From NCBI GenBank assembly GCA_025358725.1, contig JANYIT010000353.1:3635-67634 (forward strand): a stretch of DNA of 64,000 nucleotides, read 5' to 3'. The position numbers and the translations under genes are program-made. This DNA is from Chamaesiphon sp. GL140_3_metabinner_129_sub (GTDB lineage: Bacteria; Cyanobacteriota; Cyanobacteriia; Cyanobacteriales; Chamaesiphonaceae). The notes below the pieces were generated by a model that saw nothing but the letters and a program-made list of their open reading frames with translations, did not search any database and had not been told where the DNA came from. Positions 20,202 to 29,282 of the stretch are shown here, in pieces. The stretch's first letter is position 1. Each line of letters starts with the position of its first letter.

Positions 20202-20459
20202 TTACTCTTTAAAACGAACTACCACTGGATTTACCCAAGGTGTTCGAGAATCAGTAAATCTAAGGTGGACACCAATTGAGATTAAAGCGTCACTAATCTG
20301 GCGATTAGCAAAGTCCGATCTTTTATCGACACATATAATTTGCAAGCAACGCAATTTTATCATGTCTTTCTGAAGAGAAACTTCAGGTGAATCGGCATCG
20401 TCAATATCCAAAGATTTACAATAAAAACTATTTTGGTAAGAACTATTTCGGTCGTACAT
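20202..20459 (-). CDS. hypothetical protein
   Basis: Coupled directly downstream of the Bro-N gene. Confidence 0.45.
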   Translation of the reverse strand: MYDRNSSYQNSFYCKSLDIDDADSPEVSLQKDMIKLRCLQIICVDKRSDFANRQISDALISIGVHLRFTDSRTPWVNPVVVRFKE

Positions 20460-20460
20460 A

Positions 20461-21186
20461 TCAATTACCTGTGAATTGTATTTGTCTGGGGGCTGCTGCT
20501 AGCTGATTGCGATCGATCTCTGCCTGAAATTCCGCCGCAGCTTTAATGTAAGTCGGATTCTCAGCATTTGATCGAAACCTCTGGATCTTTTGGGGCACAG
20601 TGTCAAAATCAACTCGATCTTCAATATTTTCAGGCAGAGGACGATTCCAAATTTCATTCTCGATCGCAAATATTGAAAACAAGTGGAAGGAAATGTCACT
20701 GGACATAGATAACAGCCGCACATCCAAAGAACGATAATCTGCAATAATTACATCAAGCTCAAGTTCTGGCTCTGTTCCAATCCAAGAAAGCTCATCTTTA
20801 AGATTCCCAAGCAAAACAAGCTTACGTAGCGTCAATTCATCAAGACCATTGATGTTTAACGATTGTGGTATCGAATACGAGCCTGTTTTGCGAATGCTTG
20901 GGAGTACTTCACCAAACATCCACTTTTTAAACCTTTTCGCTACTGGTTTTCGCGAGACAGTTATCAGTTGGTAAAGTCCCTGCTCCTTTACCGTCAACAT
21001 TTTCTGCTCTCCTCCAAGGGTATCAGTAGTAGTGATACCCTTTTCATCTTCATCAAAGTCAGAGAGGGCTTCAGAAGGATTACCAATCTCAAGAATCTTA
21101 CAGAGATCTGCTGCAATCCACTCAGGATTTTCCCAAGTTCCCACAAGCCTTACATCTTGACCTTCAAACAAATGTATAATAAACAT
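20461..21186 (-). CDS. Bro-N domain antirepressor-like protein
   Basis: FEGQDVR...W.A.DLC.IL...E.GLY.LI..SRKP.AK.FK.W...EVLPSIRKTGSY. Confidence 0.92.
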   Translation of the reverse strand: MFIIHLFEGQDVRLVGTWENPEWIAADLCKILEIGNPSEALSDFDEDEKGITTTDTLGGEQKMLTVKEQGLYQLITVSRKPVAKRFKKWMFGEVLPSIRKTGSYSIPQSLNINGLDELTLRKLVLLGNLKDELSWIGTEPELELDVIIADYRSLDVRLLSMSSDISFHLFSIFAIENEIWNRPLPENIEDRVDFDTVPQKIQRFRSNAENPTYIKAAAEFQAEIDRNQLAAAPRQIQFTGN

Positions 21187-21208
21187 GTTGACCTTCCTAC
21201 AGGTTAAT

Positions 21209-21276
21209 CCTCATGGGGCTTTGAGTGTTTCAGCACTAATCCCGCGATGAGGTTTTAATATGTCTTTATTATATCA
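21209..21276 (-). promoter_or_regulatory. extended -10 (TGATATAAT) plus structured leader, copy 3
   Basis: Minus strand CCTCAT-CGC-GGGATT-AGTG-CTGAAA-CACT-CAAAG-CCC-C-ATGAGG. Confidence 0.7.
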
Positions 21277-21691
21277 TAATCATTATTTGTAACCTGATTA
21301 TTTTGGCTGAGTTACTAATAATTTAGGTATGATTGAGAAAGTATATTACACGAATCCAAGTGAAAAGTTGTAAAAATATAGCGTGAAAATTCTACATTTA
21401 TGCGACACTCAGAACTGTTGCTGTTTGCTGGTTCTGACTACTTACATTATTGGTGGCTATTTTAGAATAGTTACTTACATTATTAATGGATAGTCACACT
21501 AAACCCTCGGCAAAGCCGAGGAGCGCGCATCGCTGTTGCTATATTCTCCTACATTCTCCGACTTCCAAATACTGACTTTACTAAGTCAGTACCAACTGGG
21601 TAAAGTCAAAAAACGGTGGAGGCAAGACTAGATCGAGCATAATGGTTAAAAGTGGTGCTGTAAAATATAATCATTATTCACCCAATCAATC

Positions 21692-22948
21692 ATGGCGAGT
21701 CGATCCTTACAATTACGGCCAGAGTGTAGAGATGTCGCAAAAACGGCACTAAGAAAGCTTGGTTGGATTCAAGTTAGACTGGGTATGGAGGCTCAGATTC
21801 AGTCTCCAGCAACATTGAGTAACTTTTTTCGCGGTAAACCAGTAGATCGTGGCAACTTCAAAAAACTTTGCGAACTATTGAGTCTCGATCCCGAACAAGT
21901 AGGACAAGAACCACCGAAATCTCAACCGCTGGACGATCCTAATCCTTACATATCTCGCAGTAGTGAAGAATTTTGGTGTAGTCAGCTACTCGAACCGCAT
22001 AGTCTGATCAGAATTCAGGCTCCCTTACAATTTGGTAAAACTATATTGATGCGTAAAATGCTCAATCGCGCCGAAAAAGCGGGGCATTTGACTCGATACA
22101 TTACATTGAATGGGATCGACGCTCGTAGTTTCCGAGATCCGCAAACTTTTTTTCGCCGCTTTATCTGTGAGCTTGCCGATGAACTCGAAGAGTTGAATGG
22201 TGAGTCTCTAATGCCACTGGAGCGATACGATGAACTGGTCGATCTATTTGACTATACTAAAGCTACGATCAAATATTTTGAATATTTCCTAGAGAAGCTA
22301 GAGAAGATCGACAAGCCTTTTAGTTTTACTCTAGCGATTAATAAACTCGATCGATTATTAGACGATCTGCGGTACGCAAAAACAGCTAGTGAGTTTCTGC
22401 ACCTGTTACGCTTTATGAATGAAAAAACCAAGGCTAAACGAACTTGGGAGCAATTTCGACTGATTTTGGCTTATTCTGCACTGCGATTTGAGGATTCCAT
22501 TTCGCTAATTGAATCTCAATCGCCGTTTAATGTGGGGTACTCGATCGATCTGGGCGAATTTAGCCCCAATGAGGTAGAAAAACTAGCAGCTATAAAGGGA
22601 CTGACTTTACACGAACGGCAAATTCAATCGTTCATGCAATCGATCGGTGGTATTCCTAGTTTAGTCCAACTGACCCTAAATAGTCTGTGCGAGCGTGGCG
22701 CGCTTCTACTCCAAGATCCAGCCGCCATCAGAGCGATTTATCAGCAGCATTTGATGACACTTGAAGACTATTTAAGACGGGTAGATTTGTATCTATTGAT
22801 GTCTCGAATAGCTACCACATCCATAGAAATAACGGAGCTAGACACCAAAGCCAGAAATTCGCTCTATCGTTATGGCTTGATTATTCCGATCGATCGGCAA
22901 TTTGTGCCCAGATGCGAACTCTATCGCGGCTACTTTAGTCAGCATTGA
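21692..22948 (+). CDS. HTH plus AAA-like (AAA_35-type) domain protein
   Basis: N-terminal cyanobacterial HTH (T.SNFF.GKPVDR.NF..LC..L); I.AP.QFGKT; QSPFNVG..I.L.EF. Confidence 0.8.
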   Translation: MASRSLQLRPECRDVAKTALRKLGWIQVRLGMEAQIQSPATLSNFFRGKPVDRGNFKKLCELLSLDPEQVGQEPPKSQPLDDPNPYISRSSEEFWCSQLLEPHSLIRIQAPLQFGKTILMRKMLNRAEKAGHLTRYITLNGIDARSFRDPQTFFRRFICELADELEELNGESLMPLERYDELVDLFDYTKATIKYFEYFLEKLEKIDKPFSFTLAINKLDRLLDDLRYAKTASEFLHLLRFMNEKTKAKRTWEQFRLILAYSALRFEDSISLIESQSPFNVGYSIDLGEFSPNEVEKLAAIKGLTLHERQIQSFMQSIGGIPSLVQLTLNSLCERGALLLQDPAAIRAIYQQHLMTLEDYLRRVDLYLLMSRIATTSIEITELDTKARNSLYRYGLIIPIDRQFVPRCELYRGYFSQH

Positions 22949-23059
22949 GCTAAATATCTGAGATCGATCACAGAATGCTGACTTTAGCATCCCATAATTT
23001 CCCCTTAAAAAAAGGCACTAGAGTGTAGACGTTGCAGACAACATCTACACTATTTTTTT

Positions 23060-23758
23060 ATGAAACGCCCAAACTTAATTTCGCTAATTACTACTGCGAT
23101 CGCTACTTTGCTAGCTAGCGGTGTAAATGCTCAGGAACGATTAGTCGATAATGCCAACCAGAATTCGATCGGTCCAGCGATCGAATTCGGTGGTGGTGGT
23201 ACCTCTTTCGGTATCAAAGGCAAAATCGGTGTCAGTCCACAGTTTTCGATCCGACCGATGATTTTATTCGGTTATAAACCTATTGTGAACAGAAGCGATG
23301 TTAATCAACTCATTCTCGACGCAGCTCAAAACTCAGGCGTAGATGCAGCCACAGCTCAGTCACAAATTAATACTTCTGTTGGACAAAGTGTTATCGATAC
23401 TCTGTCTGGATCGGTAGGATCGGGAACGGCTTATGGATTAGCTGCCACCTACGATTTTACATCTCCCGATCGCAAGCTTAGTGGATATATTGGGCCTAGA
23501 ATTTTATTTGGCTCTGCATCGGGTAGTGGCAATGCTTCCAATGGAGCACCTTTTACAACTAGTACAAGTGAAACCAACATCGGACTGCTAGCAGGTGCTG
23601 ATTATGCAATTTCTGACAATTTTATTCTGGGTTTGAATGGCACATATAATTTCTCAAGAAGTGGCACATTCAGTGTGACTGATACTAATGGAAGTAGCAG
23701 TACGGCACTTTCAGGTGGAAATTTCAAGTTTGGAGTTAACGTTGGCTATAGCTTCTAA
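23060..23758 (+). CDS. outer-membrane beta-barrel protein
   Basis: Signal peptide, amphipathic strands, C-terminal VGYSF. Confidence 0.75.
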   Translation: MKRPNLISLITTAIATLLASGVNAQERLVDNANQNSIGPAIEFGGGGTSFGIKGKIGVSPQFSIRPMILFGYKPIVNRSDVNQLILDAAQNSGVDAATAQSQINTSVGQSVIDTLSGSVGSGTAYGLAATYDFTSPDRKLSGYIGPRILFGSASGSGNASNGAPFTTSTSETNIGLLAGADYAISDNFILGLNGTYNFSRSGTFSVTDTNGSSSTALSGGNFKFGVNVGYSF

Positions 23759-23873
23759 ATTAAATTCCTGAGATATATGCTTTGTTACAATACCCACAAG
23801 CATTGCAAACTAAGAATCTTCTCTACTTCACTAGAAAATCGACAAATACTGATTTTATTAAAACACAAAAACA

Positions 23874-24341
23874 ATGTTAAAGATAACAATTCTTGCAACT
23901 ACTTTCACTTTATTCCCTTTGCTTATTCCTAGCAACGCCTTGGCAAATCCAAATATTCCAAATATTATTCAACAAGTTCTTCGTTTAAACCCCCAACCAA
24001 CTATCGTTCAGCCGATTCGGATAAACACTCAGCCTGCGATCGTTCAACCAGTTCTTCGTTTAAATCCCCAATCAACAATCGCTCAACCGATCGTTCAGTT
24101 AAACTCTCAACCAACTTTCCCTGTCAATCCTCTATCAACAATTTCTAAACCAGTTCTTCCTAGCTCTAAGCCCCAATCACTGAGTCTTCAAGCAATTCAG
24201 CTCATCAATCCTAAGCCTACTACTCAATCGACGACTGTTCAAACGACTCTTCCTCCAAACCCACAACCCATTGAATCTCGACCGATCGATTTTACCCTTT
24301 TTCCTGTCAGTAGCTTTATCAGTAGTCCAAGTGGTTTCTAA
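23874..24341 (+). CDS. secreted Pro/Gln-rich repeat protein (paralog A)
   Basis: Signal peptide; ~13-aa QPTIVQP repeats; paralog at 26108. Confidence 0.7.
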   Translation: MLKITILATTFTLFPLLIPSNALANPNIPNIIQQVLRLNPQPTIVQPIRINTQPAIVQPVLRLNPQSTIAQPIVQLNSQPTFPVNPLSTISKPVLPSSKPQSLSLQAIQLINPKPTTQSTTVQTTLPPNPQPIESRPIDFTLFPVSSFISSPSGF

Positions 24342-24350
24342 ATCATGATT

Positions 24351-24406
24351 CTTATACCGAATTTTCGGTAGAACTGTTCCATAGACTACCGTAAATTCGG
24401 TATAAG
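24351..24406. repeat. long inverted repeat (REP/mini-element-like)
   Basis: CTTATACCGAATTTTCGGTAG ... CTACCGTAAATTCGGTATAAG. Confidence 0.6.
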
Positions 24407-24414
24407 CAATCGAT

Positions 24415-25227
24415 ATGAAACTTTATAAACAGATGAAAACTACTGCTCTAATTTTCTCTACGCTGATTCTTGCTCAAGGAGTACTTTCAAGTTCGATCCA
24501 AGCCTTAACCGTTATAGATTCTGACAATAATCGAGCTGAATATATCACTCAAAGCCAAAATGCGGCAGATACTTACTATCGTCTAGGCGATATTAAAGCA
24601 GGGATAAAAGATTTTGTAACTACTCAGGGGGGTAATGAGATAATGCGGGTTTCAAGCGATTTCACGACATTATTTGGGAATAATTAGCCATTTTTTGCCT
24701 CAACAATGGCTTAAACTCGTTGACTTCTTACCCCCCCTGAGTAGTTACAAGATTTTAAAGGTGCAATTAATGATTACAATCGAGCGATCGAACTAAAATC
24801 CAACTTTGATAATGCTTACTATCACAGGGGATTAGCAAGGTATTATTCCGATAATTACCAAGGAGCAATTGCTGATTTCAATCGAACAATCGAACGCCAT
24901 CCTGATTTTGTTGATGCTTATTTTTATCGTGCTTATGTAAAAAATGATTTGTCAGATGAACAAGGAGCAATTGACGATTACAGTCGAGTAATTTCACTCA
25001 AATTCAATCATGCTTCAGCATACAATAATCGAGGAAATTTAAAGTATAAATTTGGCGATTTTCAAGGAGCAATAGCTGATTACGATCGAGCTATAAATTT
25101 TCCCCCTAGCTTTGCACTAGCTTATCGCAATCGGGGTAACGCTTATTATAAATTGAAAAATATGCAAGCAGCAATTAATGATATCAGTAGATCTGCTGAG
25201 TTATTTCGTCAACAAGAACAACGATAA
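24415..25227 (+). pseudogene. secreted TPR protein interrupted by a MITE
   Basis: Removing 24616-24756 restores a continuous frame ...GIKDFKGAINDYNRAIEL... Confidence 0.85.
24616..24748. mobile_element. 133-bp IS66-family-like MITE
   Basis: TIRs GTAACTACTCAGGGGGG / CCCCCCTGAGTAGTTAC; 8-bp target duplication AAGATTTT (24608-15, 24749-56). Confidence 0.9.
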
Positions 25228-25301
25228 ATTTATAGTTCCTAATATATTTGATAAACTTTACTGGATCTACCGCTAAATTATTTTAACATCAATAACAACA
25301 C

Positions 25302-25841
25302 TTGCAAACTCGTAAATACATGAACAAATTGATTCATTTCTCATTCCCAACGATCATCTCGATCGCTACAATTTTAGGCTATATCTCACTAATTCCTAAT
25401 ATTGCCAGATCTCAACAACCAACGACTAAAACTTGCGATCGAGTTACTAAGGAAGGTTATCCTTTCCCCAGTACTAGTGGTTATATCAAAGGATATCAGC
25501 TTAAAGCCAAAACTGGGCTTTCAACCGTGACTTTAGATAATTCCCAAGGTAACTTTGACGTATTTATCAAGTTATTCACACTAAGTTCGGAACGACCCCA
25601 AACAATTCGAGCATTTTTGGTTAAACAAGGTGAGAAATTCACAGTCAAAAATGTTACTCGCGGTACATATGACGTGCGCTATCGAAACCTCAGTACTTGC
25701 AGATTATTCCGTACCCCAAAATTCAAATTAAAAGAAGAAAAGGTATCTACAGGAACTAGATTTTCTCAAGCCATGTTCACTATATATAGAGTCGCTAATG
25801 GAAATACAAAGCATTACTCAATCCAAGAAGATGAGTTTTAA
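25302..25841 (+). CDS. secreted hypothetical protein
   Basis: N-terminal hydrophobic segment; beta-rich domain (VTLDNSQG..DVFIKL...GTYDVRY). Confidence 0.6.
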   Translation: MQTRKYMNKLIHFSFPTIISIATILGYISLIPNIARSQQPTTKTCDRVTKEGYPFPSTSGYIKGYQLKAKTGLSTVTLDNSQGNFDVFIKLFTLSSERPQTIRAFLVKQGEKFTVKNVTRGTYDVRYRNLSTCRLFRTPKFKLKEEKVSTGTRFSQAMFTIYRVANGNTKHYSIQEDEF

Positions 25842-26107
25842 AACTAGCTTTAGCCAGGAGTGAAATCGATCGATAGTCAAATTATCACAATCGTAAAGCA
25901 TCGAAAATGAATAACCAAGTATAAGATCTAATGAATGAGGATTAAATAACTTGCAATCCCTCCTTTGAGTGTCAATTTAGAATCCTTTTCATCATTTATT
26001 GACATATTCCATAGAGCCTTTCCTGACACAAGAGATCGTTAGCGTACTATTTTCTCCCAATTCTGCGTCCCCCCATTTCAACAATTCTTAGCACATCACC
26101 AAAAACA

Positions 26108-26623
26108 ATGTTAAATAAAACAATTCTCGCTACTATTTTCACCTTACTTCCATTACTTATTCCTAACGCTGTCTTAGCCAACCCGCCAGTTATTATCCTT
26201 CGGATCGATCCGTCAATTTTTCAACCTATCAATATCAATTCGCTGCCTCCGATCGCTCAACCAATTCGGACAAATTCTCAACCAGCAAACATTCAACAAA
26301 CTTTTCATTTACCCACTCAACCGAAGATCGCTCAACCAATCTTTCATCTAGCCCCTCAACCTACTATTGCTAAACCGATGATCGTTCAACCAATTTTTCG
26401 TTTAAATCCTCAGCCAAAGATTACTCAACCAGTTCTTCCTCTTTCTAAACCCGTGCCACTGACTATCCAAGCAATTCAGCTTATCAGTCCTAAACCTACT
26501 ATTACTCAACCGACAATTGCTCAACCAAGTCTTCGTTCAAACCCGCAACAGACTGAATCTCGACCTATCGATTGGTTTACCTTTCCGTTAAGTAACTTTA
26601 TTACTAGCCCAAGTGGTTTTTGA
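26108..26623 (+). CDS. secreted Pro/Gln-rich repeat protein (paralog B)
   Basis: Shares signal peptide and ESRPID...SPSGF end with 23874. Confidence 0.7.
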   Translation: MLNKTILATIFTLLPLLIPNAVLANPPVIILRIDPSIFQPININSLPPIAQPIRTNSQPANIQQTFHLPTQPKIAQPIFHLAPQPTIAKPMIVQPIFRLNPQPKITQPVLPLSKPVPLTIQAIQLISPKPTITQPTIAQPSLRSNPQQTESRPIDWFTFPLSNFITSPSGF

Positions 26624-26697
26624 AAAGCATGAAAAATACAAATATCTTATTTGATAGACCATTATGAAGCAGCTTTAAGTCTTACTACGAGGTATAT

Positions 26698-26940
26698 ATG
26701 AATCCTTCTCCCTTCGGACAACAGTCAGGGCTATCATACTGGCGATGGTATGTTTCTGCTACTGCGATCGCTCTCTTAATTAGCATTCCGTTATTAGTAG
26801 TTATGGCTATTTTGGTCAGTCCATTAACGATCTTTTTATGGAATTCATTGATGCCTGCTCTGTTCGGGTTGAAGCAAATATCTTGGTTACAAGGAGTTGG
26901 TTTATTTTTGTTGGCAAAGCTACTGCTTTCAAGCAAGTAA
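26698..26940 (+). CDS. small membrane protein
   Basis: FLWN.LMP.LFGL.QIS..Q.VG motif shared with the next ORF. Confidence 0.65.
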   Translation: MNPSPFGQQSGLSYWRWYVSATAIALLISIPLLVVMAILVSPLTIFLWNSLMPALFGLKQISWLQGVGLFLLAKLLLSSK

Positions 26941-26985
26941 ACTTTCAGTTTCAGACAGAGCTAAACAACTGAGGAAAAATTTCTC

Positions 26986-27222
26986 ATGAACAGTTCGAGC
27001 AATTCTTTTAATGTTGGTTGCGGTAGCGGCTGCTTAACAGTACTGATTGGTACTATCGTTTGGTCCGTCATCAACTCTGTCTTGATTGTTTTTCTGTGGA
27101 ACTGGCTCATACCAGATTTATTCGGATTGTCAGAGATCTCTCTTCCCCAGGCTGTCGGAATCTCTTTCTTGCTAGGTTTATTACGTTCATCTTCATCTTC
27201 TGATAATTCATCAGGTGACTGA
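26986..27222 (+). CDS. small membrane protein, paralog of 26698
   Basis: FLWNWLIPDLFGLSEISLPQAVG. Confidence 0.65.
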   Translation: MNSSSNSFNVGCGSGCLTVLIGTIVWSVINSVLIVFLWNWLIPDLFGLSEISLPQAVGISFLLGLLRSSSSSDNSSGD

Positions 27223-27258
27223 TTTTTGGTATGTCCATTGCATTTTGAGAGGAGTCTT

Positions 27259-27535
27259 TTACGGACATACCTCTAAAGCCTTAAAACGGCAAAACCATTC
27301 ATGTGCTTCTTGTGGTCATCAGCTACTATCGGATGAAAGAGTACACCTACATCATATCGATGGAAATCATGACAATTGGAAGAGAGATAATCTAGCGGCA
27401 ATTCATGAGAGCTGCCATGATTACATCCACATGAGCAAGGCGAAGGTCTAGAATATCGGGAGCGCAGTGCGGTAAAAGTCGCACGCTACGATCTAACTGG
27501 GAGGTGCGGAGTTTAATAACTCCCATCGACCCAAC
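27259..27535 (+). mobile_element. 3' remnant of a group II intron (HNH En domain, domain V/VI)
   Basis: TSKALKRQNHSC..CG...HLHHIDGNH.NW...H..CH; GAGCGCAGTGCGGTAAAAGTCGCACG DV-like stem; ends CGACCCAAC; no RT present. Confidence 0.85.
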
Positions 27536-27701
27536 CTAATAGATGGGTGCAGAAAGTGTACTTTTCGCACTCTCCGAAAATCAGAGAAGTATGGATGTTA
27601 TTGAGGCGATCGACTAGCTTTAGATTACATAATAACTTGTTGACTACTGGCTAAACTTACAAACTTGGCGCGTTGGGTACTTTTAGCCGATTAAGATCCC
27701 C

Positions 27702-27738
27702 TCAGATCCCCGACTTCTCCGAGAAGTCGGGGATCTGA
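27702..27738. repeat. cyanobacterial REP-like palindrome
   Basis: TCAGATCCCCGACTTCTC-C-GAGAAGTCGGGGATCTGA, perfect 18-bp arms. Confidence 0.8.
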
Positions 27739-27766
27739 ACCCCTCGAACCACTATCAAATCGAAAA

Positions 27767-28612
27767 ATGAAACCTAATCTATCGCTCATCCTATTTCTCA
27801 CCCTGAGCGTAGGAATAACCGACCTCAGCACACCCACGATTGCGAATACTCATACCCTAGTTGCCCAAGAACTAGGCGAAATGACCCCAAGTAGGGAAGT
27901 TCAAAAATACGATCGGGTGATTAAACTCAATCCCAATGATGCTGAAGCTTACTTTAATCGAGGTGTTACCAAATATAAATTAGGTGATAAACAGGGAGCA
28001 ATAGGCGATTTTGATCGAGCAATTCAACTCAATCCTAATTTTGCTAATGCTTACGCTCTTCGAGGTGTTACCAAATACAAATTAGGTGATAAACAGGGAG
28101 CAATCGCCGATCATAATCGGGCAATTCAACTCAATCCTAATTTTGCTAATGTTTACGTTCTTCGAGGTCTTATCAAAGATCAATTAAGCGATAAACAGGG
28201 AGCGATCTCTGATTACAATCGGGCGATTCAAATTAATCCTAACTATGCTGATGCTTACTATAATCGAGGTAATGCCAAAGTTCAATTAGGCGATAAACAG
28301 GGAGCGATCTCCGATTTCGATCAGGTGATTCAAATCAATCCTAACTTTGCTCTGGCTTATGGTGGTCGAGGTATTGTCAAAGCTCAATTAGGCGATAACC
28401 AGAGTGCGATCTCTGATTACAATCGGGCGATTCAAATCAATCCTAACTTGGCTGAGGATTATGCTAATCGAGGTGATGCCAAAGCTCAATTAGGCGATAA
28501 ACAGGGTGCAATCTCCGATTTAACTAAAGCAGCGGAGCTATTTCGTCAGCAAGGGAACCCTGATTTATACAAGAGAGCGATCGATCTACTCAAGAAAATA
28601 AATAATAACTAA
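27767..28612 (+). CDS. secreted TPR-repeat protein
   Basis: About six AY..RG..K..LGDKQGAI.D..RAI..NP repeats. Confidence 0.92.
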   Translation: MKPNLSLILFLTLSVGITDLSTPTIANTHTLVAQELGEMTPSREVQKYDRVIKLNPNDAEAYFNRGVTKYKLGDKQGAIGDFDRAIQLNPNFANAYALRGVTKYKLGDKQGAIADHNRAIQLNPNFANVYVLRGLIKDQLSDKQGAISDYNRAIQINPNYADAYYNRGNAKVQLGDKQGAISDFDQVIQINPNFALAYGGRGIVKAQLGDNQSAISDYNRAIQINPNLAEDYANRGDAKAQLGDKQGAISDLTKAAELFRQQGNPDLYKRAIDLLKKINNN

Positions 28613-28748
28613 ATCAGTCGATCGTAGATGGCTTTGTTTATGCCATAAATCCTCGCCTAGCACTACCAAATCTGAACAAACCCGCCCTCCCCCACTAATA
28701 TCTGTTGCTCAATATTCATCTGTAAGCACAATCCAAAATCAGCAAAAA

Positions 28749-29108
28749 ATGAAAACCAATCGATCGCTCGTCTTACTTCTCACCCTGAGCGTAAGAATAA
28801 CCGACCTCAGCACACCCACGATCGCGAATACTCATACCCTAGTTGCCCAAGAACTAGGTGAAATGACACCAAGTAGGGAAGTTCAAAAATACGATCGGGC
28901 GATTAAAATAAATCCTAATGCTGCTCAGGCTTCCTTTATTTTCGGTGTGACTAAATATAAATCAGGAGATAAACGCGATGCGATTGGTTATTTTGATCGA
29001 GCAATTCAACTCAATCCTAGTTTTGCTGAGGCTTACTATAATCGAGGTAATTCCAAATCTGATTTAGGCGATAAACAGGGAGCAATCGCCGATTGTAAAT
29101 ATCTCTAA
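28749..29108 (+). pseudogene. truncated tandem duplicate of the TPR gene
   Basis: Near-identical N-terminus to 27767; breaks off mid-repeat. Confidence 0.75.
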
Positions 29109-29282
29109 AACCATTCCAGGTACGATCGCCGATTTAATGAGTGCTATAGAGTGGCGAATCGATCGACAGTGACAATATTTTGATTTTTTATTATAAGAGC
29201 GTAGTCGTAACAATGTATCGACGATCGGCGCAAGAATATTGGGTACTAAATTCTGTTTTTCCGATGAATTACGATTAATATT

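Noticed and set aside
27900-28560. 102-bp periodic DNA repeats
   Set aside because: Explained by 34-aa TPR coding repeats.
27767-29108. Possible diversity-generating retroelement TR/VR pair near the intron remnant
   Set aside because: No RT is present, the differences are not adenine-specific, and simple gene duplication explains it.
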